Source of the DNA: Antedon mediterranea
Taxonomy: Eukaryota; Animalia; Echinodermata
Length of the DNA stretch: 64,000 bases
Assembly (NCBI RefSeq): GCF_964355755.1
Contig: NC_092673.1
Location: 2,232,001 to 2,296,000, forward strand
Reading direction: 5' to 3'
Below, piece by piece: positions 24,923 to 39,800 of this stretch. The notes beneath the pieces were generated by a model that saw only the letters and a program-made list of their open reading frames with translations, was not told the DNA's origin and made no database searches. Each line of letters starts with the position of its first letter. The stretch's first letter is position 1. A program made the translations under genes and the position numbers.

Positions 24923-27363
24923 AACTATGATACCATGCCATGTATGAATACATTTATCGTGCTGTGACCTCCATTAACAATATTTGTACTAATTTAATTA
25001 AATATAGATGGTAAATTACTCATTTATGAGTAAACTAATAGTTATATGTCTGGTTATACAAATATTATTACTGTATTATATATAATGGAATGATTAATTA
25101 ACTTATATAAAATAACAATATTTTTTAGATCAAGCCCATAGCATTTCAGTAATTTGCCTTTGGATTAATATAAATAATAATATATACTTGTAAAGGTTAA
25201 CTTTTCAACTAAGAAAAAGTATTCAAAACTACTATTAGTACTAGTTAAAGTCATTAGCCTTACAGTTATATTAGCAATGACATTCTGATTTAAATAAGCA
25301 TATATTAAATGGTAATATTAGAAAGGGTAATATCATACAAATTATATAACGTAAACGTACATAATATTATTACAACATCACTACTGAACAATTAACATCA
25401 CATACAGCCAATTTGTAATCTAATCCTTTGCAAAATTATTTCAGTAATATCATTATCATTTTGTACATAAGGGTCAAAGTCTTCTTGCATTGACAATAGC
25501 GATGTTTTGTTTCCATGACAAGTACCACTAGACTTTGTAGCTATGGTGTCAGTGCATATTCATGTTTCTAAAGCTCTGTCTACACTATCAAACTAGTTTG
25601 ACAAAAAATGTTCCCAAATATGATAGTGATATGCCCAAATATTGTAGTGATATGACATCCATCATGCCCATATATGGGCACCCGCATCACATTTTTTTGT
25701 CACATATCACATGTTTGATAGTGTAGAGTTTAAGCGTGGTGTGCAGAATGAGTTTAGCTTGGAAATTTAGTTGCTAGACATTACATGCCTTGAACAAAAA
25801 TACAATAAATTCGTAAACAATTTAAATGCAACAAAAATAAATCATACACGAAGTAAAAAACATATTTGCATAGAAATTGAAGAATAAAGCATAAACAAAT
25901 TATTTTGGCTTGTGATAATAGTAAAATATGAGTGGGTTGATATTTTGGGGTCCATTGATTTCGCATAACTTAAGTACATCTAATACTAGTGTAAAGCATC
26001 CCCATGCCATTTATACTCCTGGGTGAAGAATCAAGAACCTTATTAACAATGCTAGCCAAGTTAATCTTCTGCATATCATATACAGTACTTATTTGTTATT
26101 AAACATTCTATGAACTGCCCTCTATCTATTGACAGAAGAGGTTAACAAGTTTTGAGCACATGAACCTTTTAAAAACTTACTGTAGTTACTGCAGTAATCT
26201 CACTTCAGTAACTGCATGGCTACATTAAACACTAACAACACTAAAAAAGCACCTTGGTGGGTATATGTATACTTTTTGTTGTGTTTTCCATAATACACAA
26301 CCAAGTTAATTTTAACATTTTTATTCCAATTCTACTGATCTGTATTTGACCAAGCTGCAGACCATTCACACAAATGCCGCAGTGGATAGTTGGATACAGA
26401 TATTTATTTTCTTGAATATTTAACTCTCTCAATACCAGATAGTAGGATTTCTGGAAAACCAGACATAGCAAGCCAGCTTTACAAGGGTTGGGAAAGCTGA
26501 CTGCACAACCCTTTTGCAGAATTCAGTACTGTGTTACAACCCTGTGTTTGAATTGTAAACTGTTATATTGAATTTACCCAATTATTATTATATTATTACT
26601 GTTATTGAAAATATATACTTAAATAAAAATAACTAAAATGGAAGCTATAGTGATGTATAAATAATTTTTGATGTTTTTATTTTTGAAAAAATAATTTAAA
26701 TTATAATTCACAAATTATATTTGGTATTTCAGATAAACACAATTAAGAAAAATAAATAATATATGAATATTCATAATAATAGCATGCAATTTGCATATAA
26801 CAAAACATTGGTAAGCCAACTGAAGCATATATAGCGATAACATTTATATTAAAGGATCAACTGTAAAACAACAATGGGAATGCATTATGTACAAATATCT
26901 AGCTAATAACATTGCACATGAACCCTGTCAACAGTTGTACATATTCCATGAGTACCAGTTTTAGCGTTGAGCCATCATATTTTGTTGTTAATACGAGGGG
27001 TATGTGTTGTGTACTGTTCTAATCTGAATCAAAATGTACACATACACGACTGTTCGCAATGGTAGTAAAATAAGGAGTTTTAGATTTGCGACGACCGATG
27101 GCCGACCGAGTCAATCGATGTGTCGTCGGTCAAATCAAAAGCTCCATATTAATAGAACGATGACCATTCATCTGTTACAATTAAGATTTACGTGTCAAAA
27201 AACCCCTATAATGGTGACGATAAATTGGAACTATGGTTTATACATGGTAGAACAATATTAAGAGGAAACTTTACTGTGAAACAAATATATGTTTTAAATA
27301 CAACTGTGCTTGTGATTTCCATGCAAAGGCCCACAATACAGGTAGGTTGTCTTGCACACGAAA

Positions 27364-27506
27364 GCTTACCAGTAAACTGATTAGATTAGATTATATCAGG
27401 CTTACCAGTAAACTGATTAGATTAGATTATATCAGGCTTACCAGTAAACTGATTAGATTAGATTATATCAGGCTTACCAGTAAACTGATTAGATTAGATT
27501 ATATCA
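27364..27506. repeat. 36-bp minisatellite, 4 copies
   Basis: Unit GCTTACCAGTAAACTGATTAGATTAGATTATATCAG. Confidence 0.92.
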
Positions 27507-27863
27507 GTACGGTAAGATCTAAAGCTCTATCTACAGTATCAAACTTGTATGATGTGCCCAAATAAGGTATATATATATATGGGCACATCACCTTTATCAC
27601 ATAAAGATTGATAGTGTAGACAGAGCCTAAGGCACATGCTTTATGTAGCCACATTCACTCATGAAAGCTGACTGCAAAAAGCTAAACAAATATAGTTACA
27701 GAAAGTATTAATGGTAAATCAGTCAGTAAGCTCTGCGTCAGTGGAGGAGGCCGAGTTCCAGTATAATACTGTTCATGCTCGGGAAAACATAGCTGAAGAA
27801 ATTGGCAGTGTGTTGTGTTATTGCATGCACTTTTAACTTTTTTCTCTTCTTCTCTTTTTTCCC

Positions 27864-30800
27864 CTACATGATGAAAACCTTTTCCAGTTGTTCAATATCA
27901 TAGACTTCTTGCGTGCGTGGACAAACGACACGTCCACCACGCTCGGCCGCCATTGCAAGCAAAGACTGGTGAGAGAAGGCCAAATTTCAAAACATAAATA
28001 TGTAGATAAAACATGACAAAAATGACACTAACAACTAAGATAGGATTTATTCAAATTCAAAGTAGCTGCTATTGCAATTATATAACTATAAGTGACACAA
28101 ACAGCTGAATACTCAGCTATTTTTGTTTGTTTTTTGGAGACATTTTAAAGATTTGTGGTCATGGTTCGGTATTTTTTTAGTTAGAAAGAAAGTTAAGTTT
28201 AGTGTATATGTCAAATGTCGTAAGAATACCACTGAAGTCTGACGTGGCATTTTGATTAAAAGTTCTGATTTACTGAATATAGTTAAACTTTCTACGAGGA
28301 GTGTAGATGAGAAACACACACATTCAAAACATTTCTCATTTTTTCTGTATAAAACATTAAATACACTTACAATTTCACCATAAACTTGACCATTTGGTAA
28401 CATCATTGGTACATTATTCTCATTCATCATTTGACCTTTGACACAAATAAAACAATATTGTACATAAAATAATAAAATCTAGAAGGGGATGGGTCTTTAA
28501 ATTCATTATATAATAACATACCAGTAAAGTTGCTAATACAAGACTATAGAGGGTGTTTTCGATAAAGACCACATATGAAAGGAAGTTGGCTAGACAATGT
28601 AGGCCTATAGCCAAATTTTAGAAGGGTGATCTGTAGGCATGGCTCCAGGGGAAAAGAACCTAATGTCATCCAGTGAGGGAGAGAAGTGCTCTGTACTATA
28701 ACTCAAAGGTATATTTCATTCATTCATCCAGATGATACAAATCATGGATACGTCTTGAAAGTCCAGTTGACTATTTTTCTTTGCATTGATAAATACTTCG
28801 ATTTCGTTATAAATGGTAAAATAATTGGGTTTTTTTGAGTGAAAATTCATTTTTAATATTTTAATAGTGTTGGTGGACAATGGCCCCTTTTCAAACAGTA
28901 ACAAAATGATAACCAAAGTGAAAGTGCACGCAACAGACAGATAGCAATTTATAGTTGTTTATGCCTGAGGAATTAATTATTCCAGGAACAGTGGTGGTTT
29001 TTAATAGAAAATCGTTATATAAATAAAAGTAGAGAGCGTTATCCAAGAGTATCTTTTAACCTTTGACATAAGATAAAAATGTTATATAAATAGCACTTAA
29101 CATTTTAGAATTACAAATCTCTTTGCTCATTAACAAAAACACAATCTCTTGAAAACCAAAAATCTCCAAAAAAAATCTTACACTACAGAATTTTACACTA
29201 CAGAATCTTACACTAAGCAAAAAGGTTTTAAGATGATGCAGATTTTTGCATGACAGACCAGGGGAAACAACAAAGAATGAAGACAAACAATGACAAAAAA
29301 AAAACCACACAATATCTGTATATCAGAAAATGTCAACTTACCAGATATGCTACATATCAGTCTTGACTGGGCTGCGTGGGAGTACGGCAACGACCGCGCA
29401 AGTTGATTAAGATTTTTACTACAAACAGGGCAGTCCGAGTTTTTACTGTTGTTATGGTAACACTGACTGAAAAACAACTTGTCAAGGAAGAAAGATGTAG
29501 TTAACAAATATACATATTATAATATAATCATGTGGGTTGGGTGATAAGACTTCGTTTATTCCATGTGGTGTCTCGTGTCTCTCTCGTGATTTCAAACAAC
29601 ACTTATTGGGCTATGGAATCAATTTGCCGAAGCACATACCATTATTCCCACAAGAACAAAACGTGGCATAAACAATTCAGGATTGCGATATACAACTCCT
29701 TAATTTTGTAATGGTGTTCAAAGCGCATCACAACAATTGGACACAAATGTTTTCTTAGACATCAACAATTAAATTTGAACTAACTTTAATTCTCTACAGA
29801 AAAGTTATTTAACCTATTATGGCTTAAAAAGTGTAAATAATAATTATTCTCTTCATTAAAGTGTAACAAGTTGCAATCCACTAAACCATAATATGTTAAC
29901 GATGGTCTTTCACGAGTTCATTATGGTTATGAGATATATATGTATGATCAGACAATGAAGATTCAACCAATCAGAGAGTAGAGATTTTGTAGACAACAAA
30001 CACAAAAAAGAATCAAGACTTTAAGTGACAGATACATACAATGGATATAAACCTGGATGCACTGGGAAGATCCAGTTTTTAAGAACCAAAATGGATCTGG
30101 AAGATCCAGGATTTTTTAAACAGGGGAGCTCTTAACATACAGTTGACTCTCTGAAGACACATTCTGAATACCAGACTTTCCGGGAAAACCAAGACATACT
30201 TGGTCAGCCCAATGATGCAACTCAATAAAACTTGGAAACGTTTATCATTTTATGCTGTACCCTTACACACACCAATCTTGCTTGTATTTTGTATTTTAAA
30301 CGATGTATTTTATCTGTATTTTAAAATATATCTTTTATTTGTATTTTACACAATTTTAACATTTTTAACTCATTTTTTAACTTTGAACAACCAAAAATAA
30401 TTTAAAACCATGTACATATTTTACTGTGCCCTTTGAATAAAATAAATGAAATGATTATTTATTCATAACTTTGTATAAAGGTTTGTATGATTGAACAGAA
30501 GTTTGTGAATAATGATAATTAATTTTTCCCCTTGAATAGCTTGGCAGTAAATAGTTCTTAGTAAGTATGTGATAATTTGATCTCAAAAGGGCTGTTGTAT
30601 AAGTGCTAATTAAGCAGGGAATTGGGAGAGTAAATTCATAGGAAAGTAATTGTACACCAGCCAGTGTGAACTGAGCACTGGGAATAAAACTATTACATAG
30701 GGAAAGTAGGTCACTTAATGACCCTACAAATACTTATAAATGGTTATATGCATTCATTCAAACTTTAATTATAAACAATTTATTATTAATATCACTTTAT

Positions 30801-33800
30801 GAAAAAGGTACAATAATCTTAATGATTATTTGATTCATCTGGTCATTGTTCAGAGGAGTTATAGATTGATTTTTGATTGACTGGCTAAATGAAGTACCTT
30901 TAAGAATATCATATTATAATGTACAACAGGGAATGACGGGCCTAGTTCCTTTGTTTTGTTTAATATATAAATTCTAAGCCTCCTTGCCAGTTATGCTATT
31001 ATAAAACAATAACTGTATTAACTATATCTAAGTGGTAAACAACTTGAGGAATTCAGTCCTAGTTTGTTATGTGTACACGTGGTACATGAGACTAATACTC
31101 AAATTCTTTTTCCATTCAGGAAAAAAAAGGCATATGTTTAAAACAAACTAATACCAGAAAAGTTTATAGCAGCAAATTGAATAGTATAAAATTATTTGAA
31201 AATAAAAATAAAACACTACATGAAATGAAAGAAAAGAAAAACAGCAATTTCAACAGTACACTACTTTAAAAGTAGACATTATTGGGACCACTACAGTATG
31301 ACATTTTTTTTGTATCCAAAATAATTGGGCGATGCATTTTAGCGGGAGATGACAAAAAGTATTGGTAGACTTCAGTGATTATTAGGAGAGTTGGGAGGTC
31401 TATTTACTAACCACTGACCAGTTGACCTTTACTAAATCCGAATGCTGTTTAATGTCATGCTTTCCATTAATCTTTTTTTTCTTTGATTCATGCAATACAT
31501 ATTGTCTAATAGAAACAGATTCTAATTTCTTAGCAACAATCATGAAGTTCTCAAATCAACGTCACAGTATTCTAATTGCCAATTATCAACTGGCTATCTT
31601 CTGCACTTAATTTGTTTAAAACTAGTCACAACATTGAATCACTTTCTACTGTTGATAGATACAAGTGACTCAACGTTATCAATTTCCACTATGGAGAAAA
31701 AAAATGGTATTTGTTATATCTGTAACATAGAGAGATGATCACAATATTTGACATATTTGATTTGACTCAAGTAGTACTGTTGTAAAGTGGACATGAGTTG
31801 AAATGTCTTATTCTATAAACAGAACCACATGAGATGATTGAAAATGTTCATCTGGTTAGTATTTACTAATTATTGGTTTGGAAAAAAGAATATTTTCAAA
31901 ATAGAACCACATGAGTAAATAAAGAAGAGAAGAGAAGAATTAAATAAATCAAATTATATATACTAATCATTTAAAAAAAAATTAAAAACCTAATGATTTC
32001 AAATATGAAATAAATAATATCTAAAATATGTGTGCTACATAAAGAAAGTTGTGTTATTATATTATATATTTTTTAACATATATAATCTACTTCCCAGAGG
32101 AATAAAATGTATCACAATATATTTAGTTACATTCAGGAATTAAATTTCATGAACAAGGATTTTTGTGAACAAGGGGGAAAACAGATAACGTTAGTTCTAT
32201 GTCCCGAACGTGAATTTCAATCCAAGATATTGCAATATATTGACAAATTACATGGAGATTTGTCTCGCGGGAGAGATAAGCTCAACAGATACGTGACCCA
32301 AACTCCAGGACGCCATGGCATTCCCCTTCCTTGCGTGGCCCTGCGGCTCAAAGGGTTCCTAATAGTAAGCCAAATTTAGGAGAAAACGACTGTGAAAAAT
32401 GCTGATCTCAGAATGACTGGCGCCATGCACACCACCAGAAGGAAGTAGTTACAGCGCTGGTCTTATGTCGCCCAATTAACAAACAGCAAACGTGCAACTT
32501 AACTGGGTCACTTTGCTGTATGTTGCTGGGTATATCCCCAGCAAAGTGCATACGAGTTAAAGTTCCGTTTACGGTAAACAACAAATCTGGTTGAAAAACA
32601 GGAAAAGAGTTTTAAAAGATCATAAACAAACAGAATCTTGGTATTACATGATAAGGTCTAACAACTAATTTGTTAGCCAAGTTCGGCATTTTTCTTGTGA
32701 TAAGACAATTAATTCTTTTTTAAATCATTTTGTTGTCAATATTATAAATACTAATATTAATAAATACATTCTCAGCTTAATTTATTTAATATTTACTAAT
32801 ATTAATAAATACATTCTCGGCTTAATTTATTTGTATTTCATAGTAAAGCGAAACTGGCTTAAGATCAAGTCATGTCTATTTTTAAGTTTGTACTAAAAAT
32901 AAACTTTTATAAAGTGATACTAAAAATATATTATTCTATAATAAATATCAGCTATTTTTAATAAAACAAATTAAAAATAAATATTTGATGTTATCAGACT
33001 AAAGTCAGATTAATAAACTATTATTATTTTCACAACTTTAATACCATTAAATTTAATAATTTTGAATATCAGTTGAAATTATTCATTTTCAATATTATAT
33101 TATATAAATCCAATTGTGTACATTTTATTGTTATTAGCTCATCTTAACATATATTGTTTTATTTTATTATGAGATTTTATCTTATTGGACTTTTATATTT
33201 TGCACAGATATCAACTGGCATTTTTTTTGTTAATCTGTAAGGGTTACCACCCTCTATCCATTATTTGGCTATATTTAGCCAAATAAGGTTGTCCCATTAA
33301 AAGGCAAAATCTTCATCTCATGCTTAAATACAATACGCAAGGCAAGGTCTGCATGTATACAAGGCAAGGCTACTATAAAACAAAATAAATACACAGAAGA
33401 AATTGATGGAATTTCTTCTTTTTCTTGATCTGAAACAAAATTATCTAGAAGTTACCCAAGACGGTTGTAGTAAAACACACTCACATTTGTATCGTCATAT
33501 ATCCTAGCTTGACCTTTAACATACATTTCATCCTTTGCAACATCAGTAGCTTAGGGTGTTGCTTTTTTAATTCAATCCTTTTCCTCTCAAAGCATTATCT
33601 AATTTCCCATGCCTGCAAATTGGTCCTCGACATGAATTTAAAGAATTACACGCGAGACAAGTCAATCTTTCGTCTAGAATTTATAAAAAATTTCACATTC
33701 TGATAGCAAGGGGTATCAATATATTTTGTGTATTAAAACTAAGACAGTTTGGTATGTGATATTCAGGTAGTTATTGATGATAATAGATCCATCGGAATTG

Positions 33801-36800
33801 GTTGTTGATATCATTTTAAAACTATTGGAATACATTTTAAGAGCCCATTAACAGTTAACACATTAATTTAACAACCAATCACATTTGAATATTCATAGGT
33901 TCTAGACTTTCTAATCACAACATTGACCAATCAGAAATGCAAAATAACAAAACTAACATAAATAGATAATCAAATTATCTAATAGCCAACCAACTATTTG
34001 TATTCTATTAATAGTATATATATTCTAACAGCAATGCGATTGATTTGTTTTAACCAATTAGCATTGATATACTACAGGGCAAACAAGAACAATTCGTCTC
34101 ACAACCAATCAACTATTTGTATTTTTCATTACAAAGGTATTTTATGGAAGAGAGTATTATACCGCCCTCAATTTTGTCCCAAGCCTTGAGGAAAAGCAGG
34201 ACAAAATGGAAGCTTATCGATAAGGACCCGCTTCCCACATTGTCGCGACACGACGTTATCTGCAAGTAACACTAAGTCAGAAGACTGATCATATAAGTAA
34301 TAGGCAGACACAAGGGGATGTTCACAGTAACTCTGAATAAGCAAAAAAAAAACACACTCAAGTAAAATGGTCTTGTTTTGTTGAATTCAATCTGCTGGCA
34401 GAAGGCATCAAACCCGTCACTAATACTGGTTTTTACCGCTCTTTGCCAAATAGTTGTGACTGTTACTGGCAGTGTCTTTAAAACAAAATGATGTAGTTCT
34501 GATTCTATCAGTCTAAAAACGTTAAACTGATTTGCTCACAAAATGGAAATGGTATTTGAAGACACACCAGTTAATGACTTCAAATTGTCTGTTTAATAAT
34601 TCAGCATTTATACAAATTATTAGATTCTTGAGATGTTAAGATTTAATACAAATATGTAACGTATCAAAATGCAAATAAATGTAAAAATGACAATGCTGTT
34701 GAAATACAAACAAAAAATAAGCAAAAAGCTAAATCAAAAAGATAAAGTAAAACAGTCGGAAATAGATCGAAAAGGTTTCAGCTGCCCTATATTATTATTA
34801 TTCACACATAAATACTCTACTATATATATGTCTTAAAATGATTATGGTTTGTGGGGATGTTCAATGGACTACACCAATTATGGAGAGGAATATTAAATGT
34901 TCCTAGTTATATCTTGCTCATCAAATAGAATAGAATAACGTATTGTTGATTTATCCTAAATCAGCTTAGGGTGTTGCTTTTTATAAATCAGTAGCTTAGG
35001 GTGTTGCTTTTATAAATCAGTAGCTTAGGGTGCTTTTTAAATTTAATCAAAAGCTGTGTGATAAATTGTAGTTGGATTCGAACCTGTAACTTCTTGCTTA
35101 TAAGCCAAGTGTGTGCTTAATACGTCAAATTAATTTCAATAATAATTAGCTGTACACAAATCCCTTGAATATATAAGAATATCTAATGTATAACATTTCC
35201 TCAAGAGTCGATTTGTAACAAATATTACTCGTTTATCTAATTATTAGTCAAGACTACACAACACCTGTGCCGTCTTTAATTGGCTTAAGGGTGTGGAATT
35301 TGCCAGGTTATACAAACACATATAAATATCCATTACATCGCCCTGGTGACCATATGGACAGTCTGACTAAAGCCAGGCAGAATAACATTTGCATACAAGC
35401 ATCATAAAATTCACTAAGGGAGATTGCAACAACAAATACGATGAAAAACAAAATACAGAAAATTGAGTTAAAATATAACTCTGCCAGCGAACATAACATC
35501 TGGAGCATCGAGCCGTAGAAGCTCCGGACTCGTTCGTCCAGAGACCTTATTTGAGACAAATTAATAAACGCGAGGCCCTGGTTAAAATCATCCGAAAACA
35601 TACAGACACAAATAGTTAAATAATCAAGAACAAACACGCAACAAATAACCAGAAAATATGTTTTAAAATGTTATATAGAGTATCATGTATAATATCAGTA
35701 TTTAAACACACTATAAATCATGGTGTGTGCGAAGACTTTATTAGCTTAGGTCCCTAAGAAAGCAATGCAATATTATCTCTCCTCACTCAGCAGTATACAG
35801 TGGAAAACGAAGATGTTCAAAATGATTACATTGCAAAAATGATGGAAAGCCCCCATGTGGTTCATGAACATTTGTTCATTTTCTTTTTTACATTTTGAAT
35901 GTAAAAATGTAAATAAAAGTAAAGAAATTAAAATTACTGAATTTAATGTCTTAAATGTATGTTGAGAAATGTATGCTTACATTATTTATTAAGAGAATTG
36001 TACAATGTTTTACTTGGTGCAATATTTTTTGTATTTCGATGTTTTTTAAGGGGAAACTGACTCTTTGAGTTATAGTAATTGTTTTGCTTTAGTTGCCCCT
36101 GACCATTGTTTCTGTTCTGTTCTGTATCTGTTTATTGGTCGAATAAATAAATGAAATGAACAAAACATTAAGTGAAATCAGAGAGAAGAAACTAAATATG
36201 TGTATAATGTTTGAACATTGATTGCTTAATTAAACCTACAACTGACAAGGATACGGGGTCTTCATGGCAGACAGACCAGCCTCCAAAGTAACCGTAAACA
36301 CAGATAAGTTGTTTAATTGATGTAATTTGTAGTTTTCTTCCCTGAATTGCTCAACAAGAGCGTGCCAGCGTTGGATGTCCAGTAGTTCCTAAAAGATAAC
36401 ACAAGCGAGAAAACAATTCTGGTTAATCTTCAGAGTATAAATGATTGATATTTTAAACTTATGCATAGTGGTATTAGGAATCTGCAAGCACCATTAATGA
36501 ATAAACATAATAATAACAAATAATATACAAATAATGAATGTTTATGAGTGCAATGGTACAAATAATGGCACGAGGTGAATGATGAAAGGTTATATCAACG
36601 AGGCAAAGCCGAGTTGATATAACCTTTCATCATTCACCAAGTGCCATTATTTGTACCATTGCACGAATACAAAACATTCATTATTTGTTTTATATAACAT
36701 CTAAATAACAAACAAAAATGTTTCAAAAAGTACTATTTAACGATCGTTGAATAGTGCGTACTATTGCACGCCATGTGACCCACATTCGTCCAATCAAATG

Positions 36801-39800
36801 ACAGGAATTTATATAGGTGTTATATAAATAATAATAATAAATATAATTAGGAATGTAACAATTAAAGATGATAAATTTGCTCTTAACTTATTACACTATA
36901 GTCAAAATGATCAAAGTTGAGAATAAAATATTTTTTTTTCAATTTTGAGATTAAGAAAAAATAATAATTTATACATAAATACATTCATTAAGGCTGTGTT
37001 TCCGCAGCCCTAACAAAATGTTAAATTACAAATTTGTTACCAAATCAGATTCATACAAAAATAAAGTGCACATGATCAGACATTACCGAACAACTAAGGG
37101 CCCAACCACAACGCAAAGATTTGTTTTTCAGGTCAAAGGTTAATATTTAACGCATTTATCCAATAATAATCTTATTTGAATGACATAATTATCGGTTAAT
37201 TTTTCTCAAGCAGAATCGGTTAACCCCTGTTACCGCAGGCAGTTTATCAATTAAATTTAATTCGTTAATTATCGGTTAATTTTTGGTAGTTTGGAAACAC
37301 GGCATAAGTTTGTACTGTAAATAATAATTGTAAAATATATACTATAGTCTTTGCGACTATAACAAAAAATAAACAGTAGTTGTATAATATTTATAACTGT
37401 GAAGAAATAATTTGCTAACAACACTTAGTTGTCAGAAATAGATTTTGAGATGTGTTTCAATGTGTCATAAGCATTTAATACCTGTCGACAATATTGTTGT
37501 TTTCCTCTGGAGCAATGGGAAGATTGCTATGACAATGATAATTTCAAAAACCTAAATTAATTCCTTGTCAAATATAGTATATTAATTTAACATAACACAG
37601 ACAATGTGTTTGTAGGTCAAGAGTATTACATTGTGAAACATATCAATAGGATTGAAAACAAACTGACCAATCACAGCTTGCGAAACATAAAGTATTAGTG
37701 CTGAGTAGATTATACAAGTTTAAAAATATCCTGACCAATCACAATCATTGTATAAATTCTAAACAGATTTACAATTTAAAAATATCCTGACCAATCAAAA
37801 TCATTAATGTATACATTTTAAACAGATCTACAAGTTTAAAAATATCCTGAACAATCATTATTGTATAAATTCTAAACAGATCTACAAGTTAAAAAATATT
37901 GTGACCAATCACAAACATTGTTGTATAAATTCTAAACAGATCTACAAGTTTAAAAATATTGTGACCAATCACAAACATTGTTGTATAAATTCTAAACAGA
38001 TCTACAAGTTTAAAAATATCCTGACCAATCACAGACATTTATGTACAAGAATTAAATTAAAAATCTAAAAATATTCTGACCAATCACAATCTGGATGCTA
38101 AAAAGATGCAAATAATTGTAAATAATTACCGAACAAAATAAGGATAATATTTAATGATCAATCCATCAATACGAATAAAATGACAAATCCTATGTCTAAA
38201 CAAGAAAAATATTACACCATTGAAAGTGATAAATAACAAAAACAAACAATATTATGTTGGGGAATAGTCAAGAAAACAATTTACAGACACTTCATGCATA
38301 TATCTTGTACCTATAACCTATCCAAGTACTATTAACATAAGTATTCTCTGTAATTAATTATAATCAATTATCCAAATGTAGTTGAAGATGATGTTAAGAA
38401 GAAACAGTACGATATAATGTTTATAATAACAATCTGTTCAATGTGACAAATACAATATGTCACCAAATTACACACGTTGACATTGACAAGATAGCAGGGT
38501 TACTTTGATGAGTCGTGTCTCAATTGTTTCTCGCGTCAACACGACATCAACGAGTAAGTTTTAATAACATGAAGAGAAATATTTGTTGGCTGAAACTGAA
38601 AGGAAACAATTCCGAACGAATGATGACAAATTTAGTCATAAGAGACAAGACAACATGTAAAGGAAGTGATATTTTAATTTTGATAATTTCTATTTGGTCG
38701 TCATTTCAGCATATTTGGGGTAATAAGCAGCTTGTTTACGATAAGTATGCTCGGGAGTTATCGAGAATAATTGTAAAGTATGTTGGTGAATGTAACACGG
38801 TGTTGGTGCTGTCTTAAACACCTGTCGCTCTCATCCTCCAATCCAGACACCAGACTCCCATCTTCCGCGGTTTTCCGTTATCGAAAAGCACCGGCTCTTC
38901 GCAAGCTGTTAGTTTTTTCGTATTGGGATAAGAGTAATAAATTGCATATTATATTTTGAATATTCATAATTTATATGGATGTTATTATGAAACTGGCTAG
39001 CTATGACCAATATTTAAAATTAACCAAATAATTCAAATATTTATAAATTCATTATTATACTGTATTCTAATACTACTTTAATATGGCATTCCAAACCATA
39101 TAAAAAAGATTTCCTTGGATGCATATTATGTCGTTGGTTGTAGCTCAGACCTAGAATCCCAATAATGTCTTTGTATGAGCACAGTGGATTTACATGATGT
39201 AGCTATCAAAACTCCCTAACACTAGTAAAACTAAATCTTGACATTACCGTAGACTCTCGAACAATGGAAGCATTCCCAAAACAAGAATTGATGATAATGC
39301 AACAACTCGCGTTCATATTTGTAGAGATCATAAGCGGATTCAGGCCAACCTGGGGGCACCATACATTTCAAAGTTTATAATGCTAAAGATAGGTTAGGTT
39401 CAACATTTCTTCACCTCAGGATCCTCTAATTCAAAAACATGGATCTGCCTCTGTGGTTGTCTATAAACTGTAACACACACTTGTAATTTAATGGTTCTGA
39501 ATCCATAAATTGCTCCTATAGCAAGTTAAACTACACATACTCAACAATCTATGTAGTACCATAAAATAGAATTAATAATTTCAAAAAGGTTTTTATAAAT
39601 ACATATCTATAAATTGCATAAATGAGAATATTAATATGTGTATATCAACTTAAACTGTAATCTAGAAATTAGCATTATTTCCACTGTCTCGAATTAGTTA
39701 TTACAAACTGAAATGATCAATTAACTCAATAAGATTTGTTTGCAAATGTTTTTGAATCTTAATGTTCAACAAAAACAAGTTTATTAGTTGGCGTTTATAT

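Noticed and set aside
24704-27506. 31-bp and 36-bp direct repeats as possible CRISPR arrays
   Set aside because: Head-to-tail units with no unique spacers, no cas genes, eukaryotic context.
35070-35115. B-box GGTTCGAATCC on the minus strand as a tRNA gene
   Set aside because: No cloverleaf or A-box; at most a SINE/tRNA relic.
35308-35637. 109-aa hydrophobic ORF inside the MAEA U12 intron
   Set aside because: Non-ATG start, no homology recognised, internal sequence duplication; likely repeat-derived.
38450-38935. Possible solo LTR with a PBS-like TGGTGACA
   Set aside because: No clear TG..CA ends, TSD or second copy in the window.
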